Origin: Thraustochytrium aureum
Taxonomy: Eukaryota
NCBI GenBank assembly: GCA_012862495.1
Contig: BLSG01000009.1
Location: 56,961 to 105,269, forward strand
DNA length: 48,309 nucleotides
Direction: 5' to 3'
The stretch's first letter is position 1; each line of letters begins with the position of its first letter. The position numbers were made by a program, and so were the translations under genes. Below are positions 46,641 through 48,309 of the stretch, in pieces. The notes under the pieces are model-generated. The model saw only the letters and a list, made by a program, of their open reading frames with translations, was not told where the DNA came from and did not search any database.

Positions 46641-48309
46641 ATGTCCTCTGCGAGCTCGGACAACGGCACGGACGGCGGCTCGGACAGGCCCCCAAACTTT
46701 CGAGTTGTGCAGGGCGCCGAGCTGACCGCAGAAGCCTTCCTTAGCGACAAGGAGGTGTTCCGGAATCCAGTGGTTTGCCATGAGAGCGACGATATCCCAG
46801 GAATGTTGCTGCCGCCGAAAAACAGCGCGGCGCGGGACTTTGCCGAAGTCATCGGAGGCGGCAACTTGATCACTGCGCTGCAGGTCGGCGAGGGGCGCGA
46901 GGTGATCCTCACGTTTGAGGACTGGGCCAACTACTTTGGCTCGGAGCGCGCAAACGACGAGGTCAACTCGATTAGCTTCGACGTGCACGCGACCTCGCTC
47001 GGCAGCCTCTTGTGCTTGCCCGATTTCGTGCGTCGGCTGGACCTGCTCGGCCGGCTGTACCCTGAAGAGAACAGGCTGCGGCGCATCCGGCGCGACGACG
47101 GCGACTCCGCCGAGGCGGCGAGCGTCTCTAGCGGAGCGAGCAGCGAGCCGGGCGGCCAGGGGTCCACGCTCCTCGGGTTTCACGGCGGCGGCGCGCATGC
47201 TGCCACCGCGCTGCAGCTCGAGCGGCAGGGGGAGTGGGGCTTTTCGAGCTCGATCGGGTTTGGGGCGGGCTGCAACCCAAACCTCAACTACCGGCGGACG
47301 CAGTTTTTCTGTGCGATGCGCACGGCCAACTGCTACACGGACTTTCACGTTAGCTTTGGCGGGGCAGCCTCTTTCTACCACGTCCTCTCCGGCCAGGTGT
47401 GGTTTTACTTTGTTGAGCCAACCACGGAAAACATGCTCAAGTTCGAGCAGTGGGTCGGCCTCAACAACACCAAGTATCAGTTCTTCGGCGACCTCGTCGG
47501 CAACTTTAGCAAATGCGAGGTCGCCGCGGGGGCCTCAGTGTACGTACCCAGCAACTGGATCCATGGGATCTACTTCCCGGCGGACACCATCCTGTTCGGG
47601 TCCAACTTTCTCACGCCGCTCGACCTGGAAAGCCATCTCGCCGCGTACGCAATGGAGCGCCGCCTCTCCACGCCAGAGCGCTTCCGATTTCCCTACTTTG
47701 AGACTGTGCTTTGGGATGCCCTGCGCTGGCTTCATGAGCGCACGCAGGATACGCGCAGGCAGACAGAGCTGGCCGGCTCCCCGTTGCTCGAAACCATCGC
47801 GCGCAGCCCCCGCGAGCGCCGCGGGTGGGCCGCACTTGTACAGACTTTGCGAGCCTGGAGCCTCGCCCAGCGTGATCTCGAGGAGGCCAAGGGGGTTTAT
47901 GCCGGACGCGTCGATCCGGGTTCCGGAAGATATTCTCAAGGTAGGGGTCCTGGCCCAGGTCGCTGCAGCCCTTGGGATTTCTGGCTCGCAAGGAAACGGC
48001 CGGGCCGAGTTCTTCTCCTCCACGTGGCGCGCCATCGCCGAAAAGGACCTCGACGCGCGTCGCGGGCGATCTTCCGCGACAAGCCCCGGGGTCGCCTTGG
48101 CAGACGGCACCGCGGCGACGCGCGCCTTATCGGGGATCGCCGCGTCGGCTCTACTTGGCAAGCAGTTGGAAACCAAGTCGAGATTTCTGCACACGACGGC
48201 TCTTGGGCTCGACGCGTCGTCCAATTCGGCTGCGCCTCTGAAACGCGTTGCAGATGCGACAGAGTCCCCAAGTGCCTCCAAGGCAGCGAACAAGCGGGCA
48301 AAGCGCACC
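46641..48309 (+). CDS. JmjC-domain protein of KDM2/KDM7 (JHDM1/PHF8) type, predicted catalytically impaired; runs off the window; absent from the ORF track; probable frameshift at G5 47891-47895
   Basis: Open frame from ATG 46641: PGMLLP, EDWANYF, NSISFDVHAT, PDFVRRLD, QFFCAMRTANCYTDFHVSFGGAASFYHVLSGQVWFYFVEPT, YVPSNWIHGIYFPADTILFGSNFL, RFRFPYFETVLW. The real start may lie further upstream across gap 46274-46567. Confidence 0.9.
   Translation, partial: MSSASSDNGTDGGSDRPPNFRVVQGAELTAEAFLSDKEVFRNPVVCHESDDIPGMLLPPKNSAARDFAEVIGGGNLITALQVGEGREVILTFEDWANYFGSERANDEVNSISFDVHATSLGSLLCLPDFVRRLDLLGRLYPEENRLRRIRRDDGDSAEAASVSSGASSEPGGQGSTLLGFHGGGAHAATALQLERQGEWGFSSSIGFGAGCNPNLNYRRTQFFCAMRTANCYTDFHVSFGGAASFYHVLSGQVWFYFVEPTTENMLKFEQWVGLNNTKYQFFGDLVGNFSKCEVAAGASVYVPSNWIHGIYFPADTILFGSNFLTPLDLESHLAAYAMERRLSTPERFRFPYFETVLWDALRWLHERTQDTRRQTELAGSPLLETIARSPRERRGWAALVQTLRAWSLAQRDLEEAKGVYAGRVDPGSGRYSQGRGPGPGRCSPWDFWLARKRPGRVLLLHVARHRRKGPRRASRAIFRDKPRGRLGRRHRGDARLIGDRRVGSTWQAVGNQVEISAHDGSWARRVVQFGCASETRCRCDRVPKCLQGSEQAGKAH

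Noticed and set aside
3620..47895. Programmed ribosomal frameshifting as a genome-wide system (Euplotes-like)
   Set aside because: The shifts go in both directions, lack a common AAA-stop or slippery heptamer motif, and mostly lie in homopolymers. Sequencing error is more parsimonious.

Overview
Eukaryotic genomic scaffold that is GC-rich, intron-poor and interrupted by 13 N gaps. It comes from a selenocysteine-using, flagellated protist; a stramenopile such as a labyrinthulomycete is my inference from gene style, not something I can prove. Genes, left to right: a small acidic N-myristoylation-motif protein; SelO/YdiU AMPylase (Cys form, minus); a selenocysteine glutathione peroxidase missed by the ORF track (in-frame TGA, 75-nt intron, well-formed SECIS in the 3' UTR); the first exon of an HxGH nucleotidyltransferase; a membrane-anchored bacterial-type reprolysin (M12B-like) metalloprotease with an NPxY tail; an EF-hand protein; a GH31 enzyme carrying all YihQ sulfoquinovosidase signature residues, fused to an N-terminal multi-pass membrane region; a ~12.8-kb DNAH6-like inner-arm dynein heavy chain; a coiled-coil hypothetical; VPS37A-like ESCRT-I subunit; sigma-like GST; a tandem array (two near-complete copies plus one relic) of an internally duplicated ~12-TM protein; and a KDM2/KDM7-type JmjC protein that has lost its iron-binding Asp and 2-OG Lys. 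About a dozen single-base frameshifts, mostly in homopolymers, are best explained as consensus errors. The best leads are the membrane-fused eukaryotic sulfoquinovosidase, the SelO / Sec-GPx head-to-head pair, the pseudo-demethylase, the NPxY reprolysin and the duplicated 12-TM family.
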